The notes beneath the pieces were generated by a model, which was given only the letters and a program-made list of their open reading frames with translations, ran no database searches and was not told where the DNA came from. From an uncultured Spirochaetota bacterium (lineage in GTDB: Bacteria; Spirochaetota; B62-G9; DRHN01), in assembly GCA_964583615.1 (NCBI GenBank), contig CAZOWM010000003.1:30934-94933 (forward strand): DNA of 64,000 bases, written 5' to 3'. Made by a program: the position numbers and the translations under genes. Within the stretch, counting starts at the first letter, position 1; each line of letters begins with the position of its first letter. Shown here piece by piece: positions 49,457 through 60,307 of this stretch.

Positions 49457-50410
49457 ATGAGCCCATGGTTTGAGAAAAAAAACTCCTTCCCTGACCTTTT
49501 CGGAAGAAAAGGGACTGCGGAGGAACTGGCGGAACACGTGCACACACGCGGCGGTGCCGGTATGTTTCGGCGGTTTCAGAAAAACAAGTCAGCCATGTTC
49601 GGGCTTTCCATAATCGTCGTGCTCGTCCTGTGTGCGATCTTTGCCGACCTGATCGCGCCCAACCACCCCACACCCTCCCCTCCGGATCTCCAAAACGCGC
49701 TGAAACCGGGATTCTGGAGCGACGAGTCGGTTCCCGGCGTTCCGCTGGGAACCGATGCACTCGGCCGCTGCGTGCTCAGCCGTATCATCTACGGCACGAG
49801 GATAAGCCTGAGTGCCGGATTCGTGGCGGTCGGGATCTCACTCATCCTGGGAATCGCCATGGGTGTAACCTCAGGATTCTTCGGCGGATGGGTCGATTCT
49901 GTGCTCATGCGGCTTGTGGATATCATGTTCGCTTTCCCCGCGCTCCTTCTTGCGATCGTCATCGTCGCAGTCATAGGGCAGGGGCTCGACAAGGCCATGA
50001 TCGCAATCGGAATCGTGTACACACCGCAGATGGCGCGGATCATCAGAAGCTCTGTTCTTTACATCAGGGAAATGGAATACATAGAGGTGCAGAGGGCAAT
50101 CGGTTCAAGTAACCTGCGGGTCATCTTCAGACACGTCATCCCCAACAGCGTTGCTCCGGTGATCGTGTACGGAACCCTGATGCTCGCGACTGCAATTCTT
50201 GAATGTGCGGCGCTGGGATTTCTCGGGCTTGGTGCGCAGCCGCCGACACCTGAATGGGGTGCGATGCTTTCAAAAAGCTACTCCTACATTGTGAGCGGGG
50301 CGTGGTGGGCTGCAACCTTCCCGGGGCTCGCGATCCTTTTTTCCGTTCTTGGACTCAACCTTCTTGGAGACGGTTTGAGAGATATTCTCGATCCGCGGTT
50401 GAAAACATAG
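49457..50410 (+). CDS. ABC transporter permease (DppC/OppC/NikC type)
   Basis: 317 aa, 6 TM, binding-protein-dependent transport signature. N-terminal ~35 aa may be an extension (alternative start 49562). Confidence 0.8.
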   Translation: MSPWFEKKNSFPDLFGRKGTAEELAEHVHTRGGAGMFRRFQKNKSAMFGLSIIVVLVLCAIFADLIAPNHPTPSPPDLQNALKPGFWSDESVPGVPLGTDALGRCVLSRIIYGTRISLSAGFVAVGISLILGIAMGVTSGFFGGWVDSVLMRLVDIMFAFPALLLAIVIVAVIGQGLDKAMIAIGIVYTPQMARIIRSSVLYIREMEYIEVQRAIGSSNLRVIFRHVIPNSVAPVIVYGTLMLATAILECAALGFLGLGAQPPTPEWGAMLSKSYSYIVSGAWWAATFPGLAILFSVLGLNLLGDGLRDILDPRLKT

Positions 50411-50418
50411 GAAAGGCG

Positions 50419-51381
50419 ATGAAACCACTTCTCGAAGTCACAGATCTCGAAACGAAGTTTTTCACCCATGAAGGGACCGTGAATGCGGTAAACGGAGTGA
50501 GCTTCACGATCAATGAAGAGGAGACGCTCGGGCTCGTCGGCGAATCGGGGTGCGGAAAAAGCGTCACCGCCCTCTCTATTATGCGGCTCGTTCCTGATCC
50601 TCCGGGAAAGATTGTGGGTGGAAAAATCACACTCCAGGGGAAAAACCTCTTTAACCTCAGCGAGAAGGAAATGCGGAGCATCAGGGGGAAAAAAATCTCC
50701 ATGATCTTCCAGGAGCCGATGACGTCGCTTGATCCCGTTTTCACCATCGGCCACGAAATAATGGAGTCAATCCGGCTTCATCAGAGGTTGAACAGGGAGG
50801 ATTCCCGAATGCGTGCGAAGGAATCCCTCAGCCTTGTGGGAATGCCGGACGCGGAAAAAAAGCTGAAAAATTATCCCCACGAGCTCTCCGGCGGAATGCG
50901 GCAGCGAGCGATGATCGCGATGGCGCTGGCATGCCACCCCGAGCTTCTTATTGCGGACGAGCCGACAACTGCGCTCGACGTGACGATTCAGGCACAGATC
51001 CTGCGCCTCATCGACGATCTTCAGGACAAACTCGGGAGCGCCGTGCTTCTCATTACCCATGATCTCGGAGTGGTTGCAGAAGTGTGCGACAGTGTTGCAG
51101 TCATGTATGCGGGGTACGTGGTGGAAAAAACGGACGTCAACACACTCTTCAGCACACCGCTTCATCCGTATTCAAAGGGGCTGATCCGTTCCATTCCAAG
51201 GCTCGATGCAAACGCAGACCGCCTCGACACCATAAAAGGGCTTGTACCGAACCTATTGCACATACCCACGGGCTGCCCTTTTCATCCGCGCTGCAATGAG
51301 TGCTTTGAAATCTGCCCAAAAGAAATCCCTGTGCTGAAGGAGGTTCACCCCGGCCACACGGTCAGGTGCCATCTTTACTGA
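50419..51381 (+). CDS. ABC transporter ATP-binding protein (DppD/OppD type)
   Basis: Start [14 protein letters not shown]. Walker A GESGCGKS, signature LSGGMRQR, oligopeptide-type C-terminal extension. Confidence 0.85.
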   Translation: MKPLLEVTDLETKFFTHEGTVNAVNGVSFTINEEETLGLVGESGCGKSVTALSIMRLVPDPPGKIVGGKITLQGKNLFNLSEKEMRSIRGKKISMIFQEPMTSLDPVFTIGHEIMESIRLHQRLNREDSRMRAKESLSLVGMPDAEKKLKNYPHELSGGMRQRAMIAMALACHPELLIADEPTTALDVTIQAQILRLIDDLQDKLGSAVLLITHDLGVVAEVCDSVAVMYAGYVVEKTDVNTLFSTPLHPYSKGLIRSIPRLDANADRLDTIKGLVPNLLHIPTGCPFHPRCNECFEICPKEIPVLKEVHPGHTVRCHLY

Positions 51382-51392
51382 GGAGTACACGG

Positions 51393-52355
51393 GTGGAAAA
51401 AACGATTGAAGTGAAACACCTGAGAAAATGGTTTACGACCCGAAGCTCACGAATCAGTGCACGAGAGTCAGTGCGTGCAGTCGACGACGTAAGCTTTTCC
51501 ATCTACACACGCGAGGTCCTCGGGCTCGTCGGCGAGTCGGGGTGCGGAAAAACGACCTGCGGAAAAGTAATCCTGAAAATCATGGACCCGACAGACGGAC
51601 AGATATTCTTTCACGGACAGGAGATAACGCATCTCCCGAGAAAGGAAATGAACAGGTTCAGAAACCGTATGATGATCATCTATCAGGATCCTTACGGATC
51701 GCTCGATCCACGGATGACCATAAAGAACGCGATCGCCGAGCCCATGGAGGTGCACAGGACCGTCTCGAGAAAGGAAAAAGAAGAAAAAGTTGTTGAGATT
51801 ATGGAAAAAGTCGGCCTTACGCCTGATCAGAGAAACAGATATCCCCACGAATTCAGCGGAGGTCAGAGACAGCGCATCGGCATTGCCCGCGCACTCGCAA
51901 CAAATCCGGATTTTATCATTGCGGACGAAGCGGTGTCCGCCCTTGATGTGTCCATACAGGCGCAGATCATCAACCTCCTTCAGGATCTTCAGCAGGAGTT
52001 CGGCATCACGCTCCTGTTCATTTCCCATGATCTGAGCGTGGTAAAGCATATTAGCGACAGGGTTGCCGTCATGTACCTCGGGAAGATCGTTGAAATTGCA
52101 TTGAAAACCGACCTCTTTGAGCATCCCAAACATCCGTACACGCAGGCTTTGCTCTCCGCCATCCCTGTTCCGGACCCGAAGCTCAGAAAAAAGGGGAAAA
52201 TTCTTATGGGAGATGTTCCCAGCCCCATCAACCCGCCCCCGGGCTGCAGGTTCCATCCGCGCTGTCCCCACCGAATGGAGATCTGCGACAAGAAGCAGCC
52301 TCCTTTGAAAGACCTCGGAAACAGACACAGTGCGGCCTGTTACCTGTATGAGTAA
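51393..52355 (+). CDS. ABC transporter ATP-binding protein (DppF/OppF type)
   Basis: GTG start after a GAGGAG RBS. Walker A GESGCGKTT, signature FSGGQRQR. Confidence 0.8.
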   Translation: MEKTIEVKHLRKWFTTRSSRISARESVRAVDDVSFSIYTREVLGLVGESGCGKTTCGKVILKIMDPTDGQIFFHGQEITHLPRKEMNRFRNRMMIIYQDPYGSLDPRMTIKNAIAEPMEVHRTVSRKEKEEKVVEIMEKVGLTPDQRNRYPHEFSGGQRQRIGIARALATNPDFIIADEAVSALDVSIQAQIINLLQDLQQEFGITLLFISHDLSVVKHISDRVAVMYLGKIVEIALKTDLFEHPKHPYTQALLSAIPVPDPKLRKKGKILMGDVPSPINPPPGCRFHPRCPHRMEICDKKQPPLKDLGNRHSAACYLYE

Positions 52356-52386
52356 ATACTTTAAAAAATACTGTACATGCTGGTTT

Positions 52387-53577
52387 TTAACGCGCGGCTC
52401 CGCGATGAGAAAGACTTTTCAGCACCACGAGGATCATGACACCGATAGCAAGTGAAAGCGCAGAGCCAAAAAAGGGAAGCTTCCATGTGGAAGCAACATC
52501 GTGGAGATACCCTGAAAGGGGCACCCCGCATACCTGACCCATACCGTGAATCAGCGTTGCAGCTCCGAAAACCGTGCCCATCTCACGTTCCGTGACCTCG
52601 TCACTGATCAGAGAGGCGGTCACCGTTATTAGTCCAAAAAACACAAATCCGAAAAGGAAGGTGGAAAGATAGAACACCCACGCCATATTCCATGGAATGA
52701 TAACGATAACCGCGCCCGTTAAAATAGACGTTGCGCTCATCGCAACAACGATTTTATCTATTTTGTCTGAAAACCACCCCCAAAACAATCCGGAGTACAG
52801 TGAATTGAATCCGAACAGTGACCACATGATTCCGGCGGTTTTTTCGGAAAATCCGATCTCCGCAATCGCATAGACTCCGAAATAGGTCACGTAAATGATA
52901 TAGGAAAACCCGAGAATAAAGTAGTACAAGACCGTAAGGAAAAGCTTTTTGCGGGAAGCGAATACCCATGATATAGATTTCTTCTTTGTTTTTGCTTTTT
53001 GCCGGCTGATTTTCTTTTTTCCGTTTTTCATGAGCCGAAAGGTCACAATAAGCACAACAGTGTTGATGAGAGCCAGTACAAACCAGCTCACGCGGTATCC
53101 CAGACCGGGTGACACTGTAAGCAGCGGCGGAACGATGTACCCGCTGAGGACGATCCCCGCACCTGCACCTCCCATTACAATCCCGAAAGCGCTTCCTTTC
53201 TTCGAAACGGATTGATTGACAATTGCAATGAGGGGGATGTAGCTCCCTGCCGCACCGGCACCGAGCCCCAGAGTCGCGGCGAGAAGAACAGGATAGCTCG
53301 AAAAATACCCCAGACAAAAGAGCGATGCAGACACGAGCGCAATCGAATACTTCAGTGTCCTCTCTTCCCCTATCGCTTCCGAAATTCTTCCGCTCATGAA
53401 GGAATTGACCAGGTAACCCGCCACGATGCCCGTGCCGAGAAAACCCATCATGGTTGCGGACAGACCGAGGGCTTTCATCATATCAGGAAGAATGAGCGTA
53501 AAGACGAATCTGCCGAAAGCCATGGTTGTGAATTGAACAAGCCATCCGGCAAAAATCAGAGGGAGGTTTTTTCTCAT
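52387..53577 (-). CDS. MFS transporter
   Basis: 12-TM MFS. Start MRKNLPLIFAGW preferred (the longer ORF would overlap the upstream gene by 94 nt). Confidence 0.7.
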   Translation of the reverse strand: MRKNLPLIFAGWLVQFTTMAFGRFVFTLILPDMMKALGLSATMMGFLGTGIVAGYLVNSFMSGRISEAIGEERTLKYSIALVSASLFCLGYFSSYPVLLAATLGLGAGAAGSYIPLIAIVNQSVSKKGSAFGIVMGGAGAGIVLSGYIVPPLLTVSPGLGYRVSWFVLALINTVVLIVTFRLMKNGKKKISRQKAKTKKKSISWVFASRKKLFLTVLYYFILGFSYIIYVTYFGVYAIAEIGFSEKTAGIMWSLFGFNSLYSGLFWGWFSDKIDKIVVAMSATSILTGAVIVIIPWNMAWVFYLSTFLFGFVFFGLITVTASLISDEVTEREMGTVFGAATLIHGMGQVCGVPLSGYLHDVASTWKLPFFGSALSLAIGVMILVVLKSLSHRGAAR

Positions 53578-53597
53578 AGGGAAAGATATCGTTCGAG

Positions 53598-55289
53598 CTA
53601 TACGACCTTTATACCCTTTATCTTGAAGATTGCGAGAAAGAGAACGTGCACCACAACAACAATCGCCACCACAATCGTTGACATCGCACATGCGCTTTCT
53701 ATGTATCCGTCATCGATGAGATGTATAATGGTAATCGAGGCAAGCTGCGTTTTCGGAGACACAAGGAATATGACCGCGCTGATCGTGACCATGCTCCTTT
53801 CGAAAAAGAACAGAATATTGTTCCAGAAACTGACTCTGCTCAACGGGAAGATCACCTGAAAGAACGATTTCGGGAGATCCGCCCCGAGAGATGTCGAGGC
53901 TTCGTCAATCGATTTGTCGATATTCTTCATGTTTGTCATTGTGGAAAGCATACCAAGGGTGAAGTTTGCCACAATAATGTTGAGAATCACGATGGAAGCC
54001 TTGTAATAGAGCCAGTTCACACGAACGAACGCAAGGATGTAACCGAGCCCGAGAACGAGCCCCGGTATTGCGGCTGGAAGAACGGTAATGAGATAGAGCA
54101 GCTGGTTCCCTTTCGGTTTTCTTTTCTCTACGATGTACCCTGCAAAAAGCGTGAGCCATGCGCCGAAGAAGGCGACAATTAAGGAAATCCATAAACTGGT
54201 CCACACCACAGATATGGAACGCCCCCTGTGTGAAAAATTATAATGCCGCGTACTGAATGCGGTGAGCCATCTGAGGATCTGTTTTGATTGTCCGGCGCGT
54301 CCCCCCCATACATCAACGATGGATGTCCACAGTATTGCCCAGAAAATAATGATAATGGCACCGACAATGACGATTGAAACTGCGGAAAAAATCAGCTTTT
54401 TTGACCTGCTCGACGGCCTGATAAACGGCCGTGCGGCACCGCTTATCAGTGAGTAGTTCCTCTTTGTGAAATAGTTGTTGAGGACGAATGCAAGCACTGC
54501 AGGCACGAGAAGGATGACGCTTATCGTCGCACCCAGATCGAAACGCTGCATTCCTTCGACCTGCGTGTATATCTCCGTTGCGAGCACGTTGTAATCCCCC
54601 CCGATAACGATGGGGTTTCCGAAATCGGTGATGGTCAGATTAAACGCGAGTGCGGCGGCAGAAAAAATTCCGTACCGCGCGGATGGTATGGTCACCTTCC
54701 AGAATACCTTGAGCGCTCCTGCGCCGAGAGACTCGGCCGCTTCATTCAGGCGTGCATCAACCGCGGAAAGAGTGGTAATCAGTATGAGGAGCGCATAGGG
54801 AAAGCAATAAAAAAGTTCTGATATGATGATACCGGTCGGACCATATATATCCCACTTCCCCCCAAGCCAGTTCGTCACAAGCCCGTTTCTTCCGAAAAGA
54901 GAGATCAGTGCGAGCGCCTGCACAACCGAAGGTGCCATAAGGGGAAGCGAGGACACCGCCTTGTAAAACGATTTCCCCCGAATCGTGGTCCTGGTCATTG
55001 CGTAGGCCATGAAAAACGCCATGATCGTGGTTATAAAAGTTGTCACTCCTGCAACGTACAAACTGTTGTAAAGAGACCTTCTGATCCGGGCTTTCCCGAA
55101 GTACTCTATGTAGTTCTGGAATGTAAACCCTCCCTCTGTCACAAAGCTCGATTTCAGTATCTGCGCGAGAGGCAAAATGAGGAAAATCGCAAAAAAAATT
55201 GCAAATATACCTACAATGATATACGCCACAGCCTGGTCAGGGAGAACCGTTTTTACGGGTTTTATCACAATTGCTTGATTTTCTTCCAT
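53598..55289 (-). CDS. ABC transporter permease with two fused permease domains (Fe3+/thiamine/spermidine-type)
   Basis: 563 aa, 12 TM, two EAA-like loops; FbpB/ThiP-type architecture. Confidence 0.8.
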   Translation of the reverse strand: MEENQAIVIKPVKTVLPDQAVAYIIVGIFAIFFAIFLILPLAQILKSSFVTEGGFTFQNYIEYFGKARIRRSLYNSLYVAGVTTFITTIMAFFMAYAMTRTTIRGKSFYKAVSSLPLMAPSVVQALALISLFGRNGLVTNWLGGKWDIYGPTGIIISELFYCFPYALLILITTLSAVDARLNEAAESLGAGALKVFWKVTIPSARYGIFSAAALAFNLTITDFGNPIVIGGDYNVLATEIYTQVEGMQRFDLGATISVILLVPAVLAFVLNNYFTKRNYSLISGAARPFIRPSSRSKKLIFSAVSIVIVGAIIIIFWAILWTSIVDVWGGRAGQSKQILRWLTAFSTRHYNFSHRGRSISVVWTSLWISLIVAFFGAWLTLFAGYIVEKRKPKGNQLLYLITVLPAAIPGLVLGLGYILAFVRVNWLYYKASIVILNIIVANFTLGMLSTMTNMKNIDKSIDEASTSLGADLPKSFFQVIFPLSRVSFWNNILFFFERSMVTISAVIFLVSPKTQLASITIIHLIDDGYIESACAMSTIVVAIVVVVHVLFLAIFKIKGIKVV

Positions 55290-55303
55290 TTCGGATATCT
55301 CCC

Positions 55304-56392
55304 TTAAGAAAAAATCAGAAAATCTTCCGGTGGAAAGTACAATTGTACCGTTTCTCCAGTTTTGAACATCGCTTTCTCAAAATCCTTCTCGGTGATGTCA
55401 ACAATCACATACTCATTGAACATGCTGATAATAGAGCGCACAATGACACCGAGGAAGGTCACGACATCAATGACTCCTTCCTTGACATTGGTCTTTTTCA
55501 GGCCAGAGGGAATTTTGGCCAAATTCTTGTAGAGGTGTATTTTCTCCGGTCGTATGGAGATCGATACCGCTTTCCGTTGTTGTGCTGAAAAATCGCGCGT
55601 ATCCCGGGAAAGTGCAAACTGGAGCCCCGTACTTTTATCCAGAAACATGTCCGCCTCGAGCTCCCCTTCGAAGAAGTTCGATGTTCCCACAAAATCCGCA
55701 ACGAATTTCGAATTTGGATTCTTGTAAATTTCTATCGGTTTATCCACCTGTTCTATATACCCATGATTCATGACGATCACCCTATCGGATATGGATAGGG
55801 CCTCTTCCTGGTCATGGGTCACATACACCATGGTGATCCCCAGATCCGTCTGCACGCGCTTTATCTCCGCCCTCAGGTTTACCCGTATCTTGGCATCGAG
55901 CGCGGACAGCGGCTCATCAAGAAGGAGTATCTGGGGAAAAGTGGCCAGAGATCGTATCAGCGCGACCCTCTGCTGCTGCCCGCCTGAAAGCTCTGGAGGG
56001 TATTTAAACTTCTGGTCTTCAAGGCCAACGAGATGAAGAAGCTCGTCAACCCGCCGGGACATCTGTGACTTCTCGACCTTTCTCATCTTTAACCCGAACC
56101 CGACATTTTCCTTAACCGTCATATGGGGAAACAGGGCGTACGATTGAAACACAATCCCAAAGTTTCTCCTCTGAGGGATGATGTCATTGATTACATCTCC
56201 ATCGTAGATAATTTTTCCGCTTGTGGGAATTTCAAACCCCGCAATCATTCTCAATGTCGTGGTCTTGCCGCATCCCGACGGGCCCAGGAAACAGACGAAT
56301 TCCCCCTCCATTATCTCGATGCTCATGTCGCGAACCGCAACAATCTTTTCAAATTTCTTCGTGAGCTTTTCAAGAATGAGATCCTTCCCCAT
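55304..56392 (-). CDS. ABC transporter ATP-binding protein (FbpC/PotA type) with C-terminal TOBE-like domain
   Basis: Walker A GPSGCGKTT, signature LSGGQQQR, Walker B LLLDEPLSALD. Confidence 0.85.
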   Translation of the reverse strand: MGKDLILEKLTKKFEKIVAVRDMSIEIMEGEFVCFLGPSGCGKTTTLRMIAGFEIPTSGKIIYDGDVINDIIPQRRNFGIVFQSYALFPHMTVKENVGFGLKMRKVEKSQMSRRVDELLHLVGLEDQKFKYPPELSGGQQQRVALIRSLATFPQILLLDEPLSALDAKIRVNLRAEIKRVQTDLGITMVYVTHDQEEALSISDRVIVMNHGYIEQVDKPIEIYKNPNSKFVADFVGTSNFFEGELEADMFLDKSTGLQFALSRDTRDFSAQQRKAVSISIRPEKIHLYKNLAKIPSGLKKTNVKEGVIDVVTFLGVIVRSIISMFNEYVIVDITEKDFEKAMFKTGETVQLYFPPEDFLIFS

Positions 56393-56464
56393 GAAAACCT
56401 CCGGGCATATGAAAGTTATTGCAGGCGCAGGACGCTCTCACCCTGCGCCGCATTTTTCAACCAA

Positions 56465-57514
56465 TTATCTGAGAAACAGGTCCTGCCAGTTGATGAGAAT
56501 ATCACCTCTGTTCGCCGCCTGCCACTCAAAGTCCATGGGAATGAGCTTGACATCTTCCAGACTGGGAAGATCGGGTCGCACTGGGGGTATCCCAGGTTTG
56601 GTAACTCCCACCTTCCACTTCGCGTACAGCCTCATGGCATCGTCGGAAATCGCCCAGTCAAGAAACTTTTTCGCATTGTTTGGATGCTTCGCCCCTTTCA
56701 TGAGCGCATTTGCCTCCAGCTCATAGGCGCTTCCCTCTGCGGGAAGCACCATTTCAACAGGCTTCCCCTCCTTTTTGAGGTTTGCAATAACGAATGCAAA
56801 AGACGCACCGATTACATACTCTCCCGCCGCAGCATACTTTGCAGGCCGCGAGCCGCTCTTGATGTACTGACCCATGTTCTTGTCGAGCTCCCCGAGAAAT
56901 TTCCACCCCTCGTTTTCCGCAATCGTCTTGTTCTTGTAGTCGGGGTCCCAGGTTTCGAGGACTCCTGCAACCATTAAAAATCCCGTGCCCGAGCTTGCGG
57001 GGTTCGGCATGATAAGGTGCCCCTTGTACACCGGGTTGGTCAGGTCCTGCCAGGAAGTGGGCATGGGCAGGTTGTACTCATTTAATTTCTCCGTGTTCAC
57101 ACAGAACGCCGCAAGATAGAGGTCAATGGCGTACCAGTAATCATTCGGGTCCTTGAACCGGGCCGGTATCTTGTCTCCGTCTGCAGGTACATAGGGTTCG
57201 AAAAACCCCCTGTCAGTAAAATCCATCAGATAAGTGACCGCCCACCCATACACCACGTCTGCCTGCGGATTCGCTTTTTCAGCGAGAAGCTTCGCACCGA
57301 CGACCCCGGTTGAGAAACGGGTCCAGCTGATGTCCAGTCCTGTCGCGACCTCTGCCGCACTGATGTACTCTTCCGTCTCATCCGTTTCCAAAGAGGTGTA
57401 CAGTATGAGCTCATCACCCTCATCGACCGCCGGCTCTTTTGCTTTTTCCCCTTCGGCAAAAAGCAAAAGAGGTACACACACCATCAACGCAACAAACAGA
57501 AAAACCTTTTTCAT
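56465..57514 (-). CDS. ABC transporter substrate-binding protein, family 1 (iron(III)/thiamine-like)
   Basis: Signal peptide MKKVFLFVALMVCVPLLLFA; SBP_bac_1/FbpA-like fold. Confidence 0.75.
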   Translation of the reverse strand: MKKVFLFVALMVCVPLLLFAEGEKAKEPAVDEGDELILYTSLETDETEEYISAAEVATGLDISWTRFSTGVVGAKLLAEKANPQADVVYGWAVTYLMDFTDRGFFEPYVPADGDKIPARFKDPNDYWYAIDLYLAAFCVNTEKLNEYNLPMPTSWQDLTNPVYKGHLIMPNPASSGTGFLMVAGVLETWDPDYKNKTIAENEGWKFLGELDKNMGQYIKSGSRPAKYAAAGEYVIGASFAFVIANLKKEGKPVEMVLPAEGSAYELEANALMKGAKHPNNAKKFLDWAISDDAMRLYAKWKVGVTKPGIPPVRPDLPSLEDVKLIPMDFEWQAANRGDILINWQDLFLR

Positions 57515-57741
57515 CTTTCTCCTCCTTAGTCTGATATATAGATGTCATACATAATAACTTATATTAATTATTTTACCTCCTTTTTTCTTAGTGTAAAAAT
57601 TCATTTTGTATTTGTTACTTTTATGTTAATTTGATCGTACTACGAAGCGGTGCGTTTGTGCAATATTTTATTTGTATAAACCTTGTATTTTATGAGAATA
57701 TTTTTGTAAGACAGCACAATACACAGTGAGAGGATTATATC
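57515..57741. promoter_or_regulatory. AT-rich divergent intergenic region between the iron-type ABC operon (minus) and phoU-like/pit (plus)
   Basis: 227 bp of strongly AT-biased sequence, flanked by two divergent operon starts. Promoters and metalloregulator/Pho operator sites are expected here, but none could be called confidently. Confidence 0.3.
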
Positions 57742-58395
57742 ATGGGTTTTTTTATCCATAAAAAAGAAAAACATATCGTCGAACTGATCAAACGTCACGT
57801 TGACACTGTAGTGGAAACCGTGTACACGGTGACTGAAGCATTGGGGCTGCTTCTTGAAGGGAAGAAAGATGAATCCGTAGAATATACGAAAAAGGTTCAC
57901 AAAAAGGAGCACGAAGCTGACATCATACAGCGGGAGATCGATATGGAAATGTTTGGAGGCGCATTCATGCCCTCGATACGGGAAAATCTCTTCATTACGG
58001 TCGACATCGTAGACAAAGTAGCGAACAGAGCGGAGAAGCTCGGTGATTTCATCACCCTCATCAGCCCCGATGTGCCGGCGGAGATAGTGAAAGATGTAAG
58101 AAAAATGGGCGAACTGACGTGTAAATGCGCAGAAAAGATGCGAGATGCAGTATACAGTCTCTTTGACAGCATGGAGGCGGTCCACGAGGATACCATTGAG
58201 ATCGAGCGCTACGAGACAAGGATCGACAAAGTTGCGTGGAAAATTCTTGACACCATATTTAAAAAACTTGATATCGAAAAATTTTCTCACCGAATGATGC
58301 TGAGGGAGATGATCATCCACCTGAGTTCCATCAGTAACAAGATAGAAGACGCGTCCGACAGGATCGACATTATCGCGCTGCGGCTGAAATCGTGA
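57742..58395 (+). CDS. PhoU-like phosphate transport regulator (DUF47 family)
   Basis: 217-aa helical protein immediately upstream of pit. DUF47 proteins are the usual partner of PHO4-type Pit transporters. Confidence 0.75.
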   Translation: MGFFIHKKEKHIVELIKRHVDTVVETVYTVTEALGLLLEGKKDESVEYTKKVHKKEHEADIIQREIDMEMFGGAFMPSIRENLFITVDIVDKVANRAEKLGDFITLISPDVPAEIVKDVRKMGELTCKCAEKMRDAVYSLFDSMEAVHEDTIEIERYETRIDKVAWKILDTIFKKLDIEKFSHRMMLREMIIHLSSISNKIEDASDRIDIIALRLKS

Positions 58396-58428
58396 GGGTA
58401 TATACCTCTCATACAGGCAAGGAATTCT

Positions 58429-59354
58429 ATGTTTCGTCTCATTTCCGGAATATACCTCGGCTGGGGGCGAATGATGCTGCAAACGTGTTCGGTACGGGTG
58501 TTGCTTCAGGTGTGGTGAAGTACAGAATAGCGATCATTTTGACCGCTGTGTTTGTTGTCTCGGGCGCGCTCGTGCAGGGTTCTCGCGGCCTGCATACGAT
58601 CGGCGCTCTCGCAGAAATGGACTTAAACACCGCATTCATCGCCTCTCTTGCCGCCGCGCTCACGGTAAACATCCTCACCGTTCTTGCGATTCCGGTTTCC
58701 ACTTCCCAGGCGATTGTCGGCGCGATCTGCGCTGTCGGCATCAGGGGAAGCGGTGTGCAGGTATCTGTACTCATCAAAGTGTTGGCAAGCTGGGTCATAA
58801 GCCCGATTGCTGCAGCATTCATCTCGTACGCGCTTTACCGGATACTCGGATCACTGCTCGAGGGTCGAATATCAAATGTGCGTGTATGGTCGATCTTCAT
58901 GAGAATCGGTTTCTACTGCGTTGGAATCTACGGCGCATACGCGCTCGGTGCGAATAATGTTGCGAATACGACCGGTGTGTTCCTCAGTGCGGGGATGCTC
59001 ACTCCTGCGGCAGCAGCGCTCCTGGGAGGCGTTTCCATCGGACTCGGCGTTTTAACCTACAGCAAAAAGGTGATGTACACCGTGGGGAAAAGAATTACCC
59101 GTATGAGCGAGTTCGCGGCACTGGTCGCCGTGCTCGGGCAGGATATAACTGTTCACATCTTTTCATGGGTCGGCGTGCCTGTTTCGACCTCGCAGGCAAT
59201 CGTCGGCGCCGTTATCGGGGTGGGGTATGTAAAATCGAGCAGGGAGATAAACTTTGATATTGTTGGAAAAATTTTTCTCGGGTGGATATTCACTCCTACC
59301 GCATCATTTTTCATTGCCTATTTCGCCCTCCTCCTGTTTTCACGCTTCTTCTGA
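58429..59354 (+). pseudogene. pit: inorganic phosphate transporter Pit (PHO4 family) with apparent 5' frameshift in a G5 tract
   Basis: From GANDAANVFGTGVASG onward the track ORF (58392..59354) is a complete PHO4 protein. The hydrophobic helix-1 start MFRLISGIYLGW is encoded from ATG 58429 (AAGGA RBS) in the +1 frame and meets the main frame only if the G5 at 58463-58467 were G6. Confidence 0.5.
58463..58467 (+). repeat. poly-G (G5) tract at putative pit frameshift site
   Basis: cggctgggggcgaat, read directly from the sequence; G6 would restore MFRLISGIYLGWGANDAAN. Confidence 0.4.
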
Positions 59355-59386
59355 AGCCTTTCTCAAAATACACCTACCCACAGGTA

Positions 59387-60307
59387 ATGAGATGGATTAA
59401 ATCAAATATATGTATTCTCGCATATCCTTATATACGCAGGCGTGCTGAAAGGGGAAAACCACTGGTTGTCGGGGTTCCCAAAGAAAGTTTTCCCGGAGAA
59501 ACGAGGGTTGCCCTTGTGCCGTCCGGGGTGCAGACTCTCGTCTCAAAGGGTATTGATGTGGTTCTTGAGACAGGGTGCGGTGTGGCTGCGGGATACACCG
59601 ACGAAGCATACAGAGAAAAGGGCGCAGAGTTCGTGAAGGTTCGCCGTGACCTGTTTCACGCGTCAAGTTTGGTTCTTCAGGTGCGGGGAGCGGGGGCAAA
59701 TCCGCAGGGCGCGTGTTTCGATCTCGATCTGATGCGGAAAAACCAGATACTCATAGGACTGCTCGATCCTCTCCATGCTCCTCACTGCCTTCAAACCTTC
59801 GTGGAAATGGATCTCGGAAACGAGGACACGGAAGCGGACGGCGGGTACGCCCGTGCGATGGATGAGGAGTTTTACAGAAAACAGCGCGAACTGCTTTCCC
59901 GCGAGATGGGGGACGCGGATGTGGTCATCACCACTGCTGCAGTGCCTGGTAAAAAGGCACCTGTGCTCATCACAGAGGAAATGGTGAAGCGAATGCAGAA
60001 CGGTGCGGTGATCGTGGACCTGGCCGCAGAACACGGGGGGAACTGTGAGCTCACGAAGCCTGTAAAAGAAATTGTGTTCGAAGGGGTGAAGATTGTCGGA
60101 CCGGTAAACCTTCCCGCCACTGTTCCCTATCATGCAAGCCAGCTGTACTCAAAGAACATCACCACATTTCTGACTTCTCTGATCAGGGACGGTAAGATCG
60201 ATCTTGACAGTGACGATGAAATCATGAAAGCCACGCTCGTCTCCAGAGACGGAGTCATTGTCCACGAAGATTTAAAAAAGAGTGTTGGGAAAAAAAATCA
60301 TGGATAA
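59387..60307 (+). pseudogene. pntA: NAD(P) transhydrogenase alpha subunit part 1 (PntAA) lacking the central NAD(H)-binding Rossmann core
   Basis: N-terminal (VGVPKESFPGETRVA...) and C-terminal (DGGYARAMDEEF...DVVITTAAVPGKKAPVLITEEMV...VDLAAEHGGNCE) blocks align to PntAA dI. About 95 aa including the GxGxxG segment are absent between ...CLQTF and VEMD... (around nt 59800). Confidence 0.6.
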
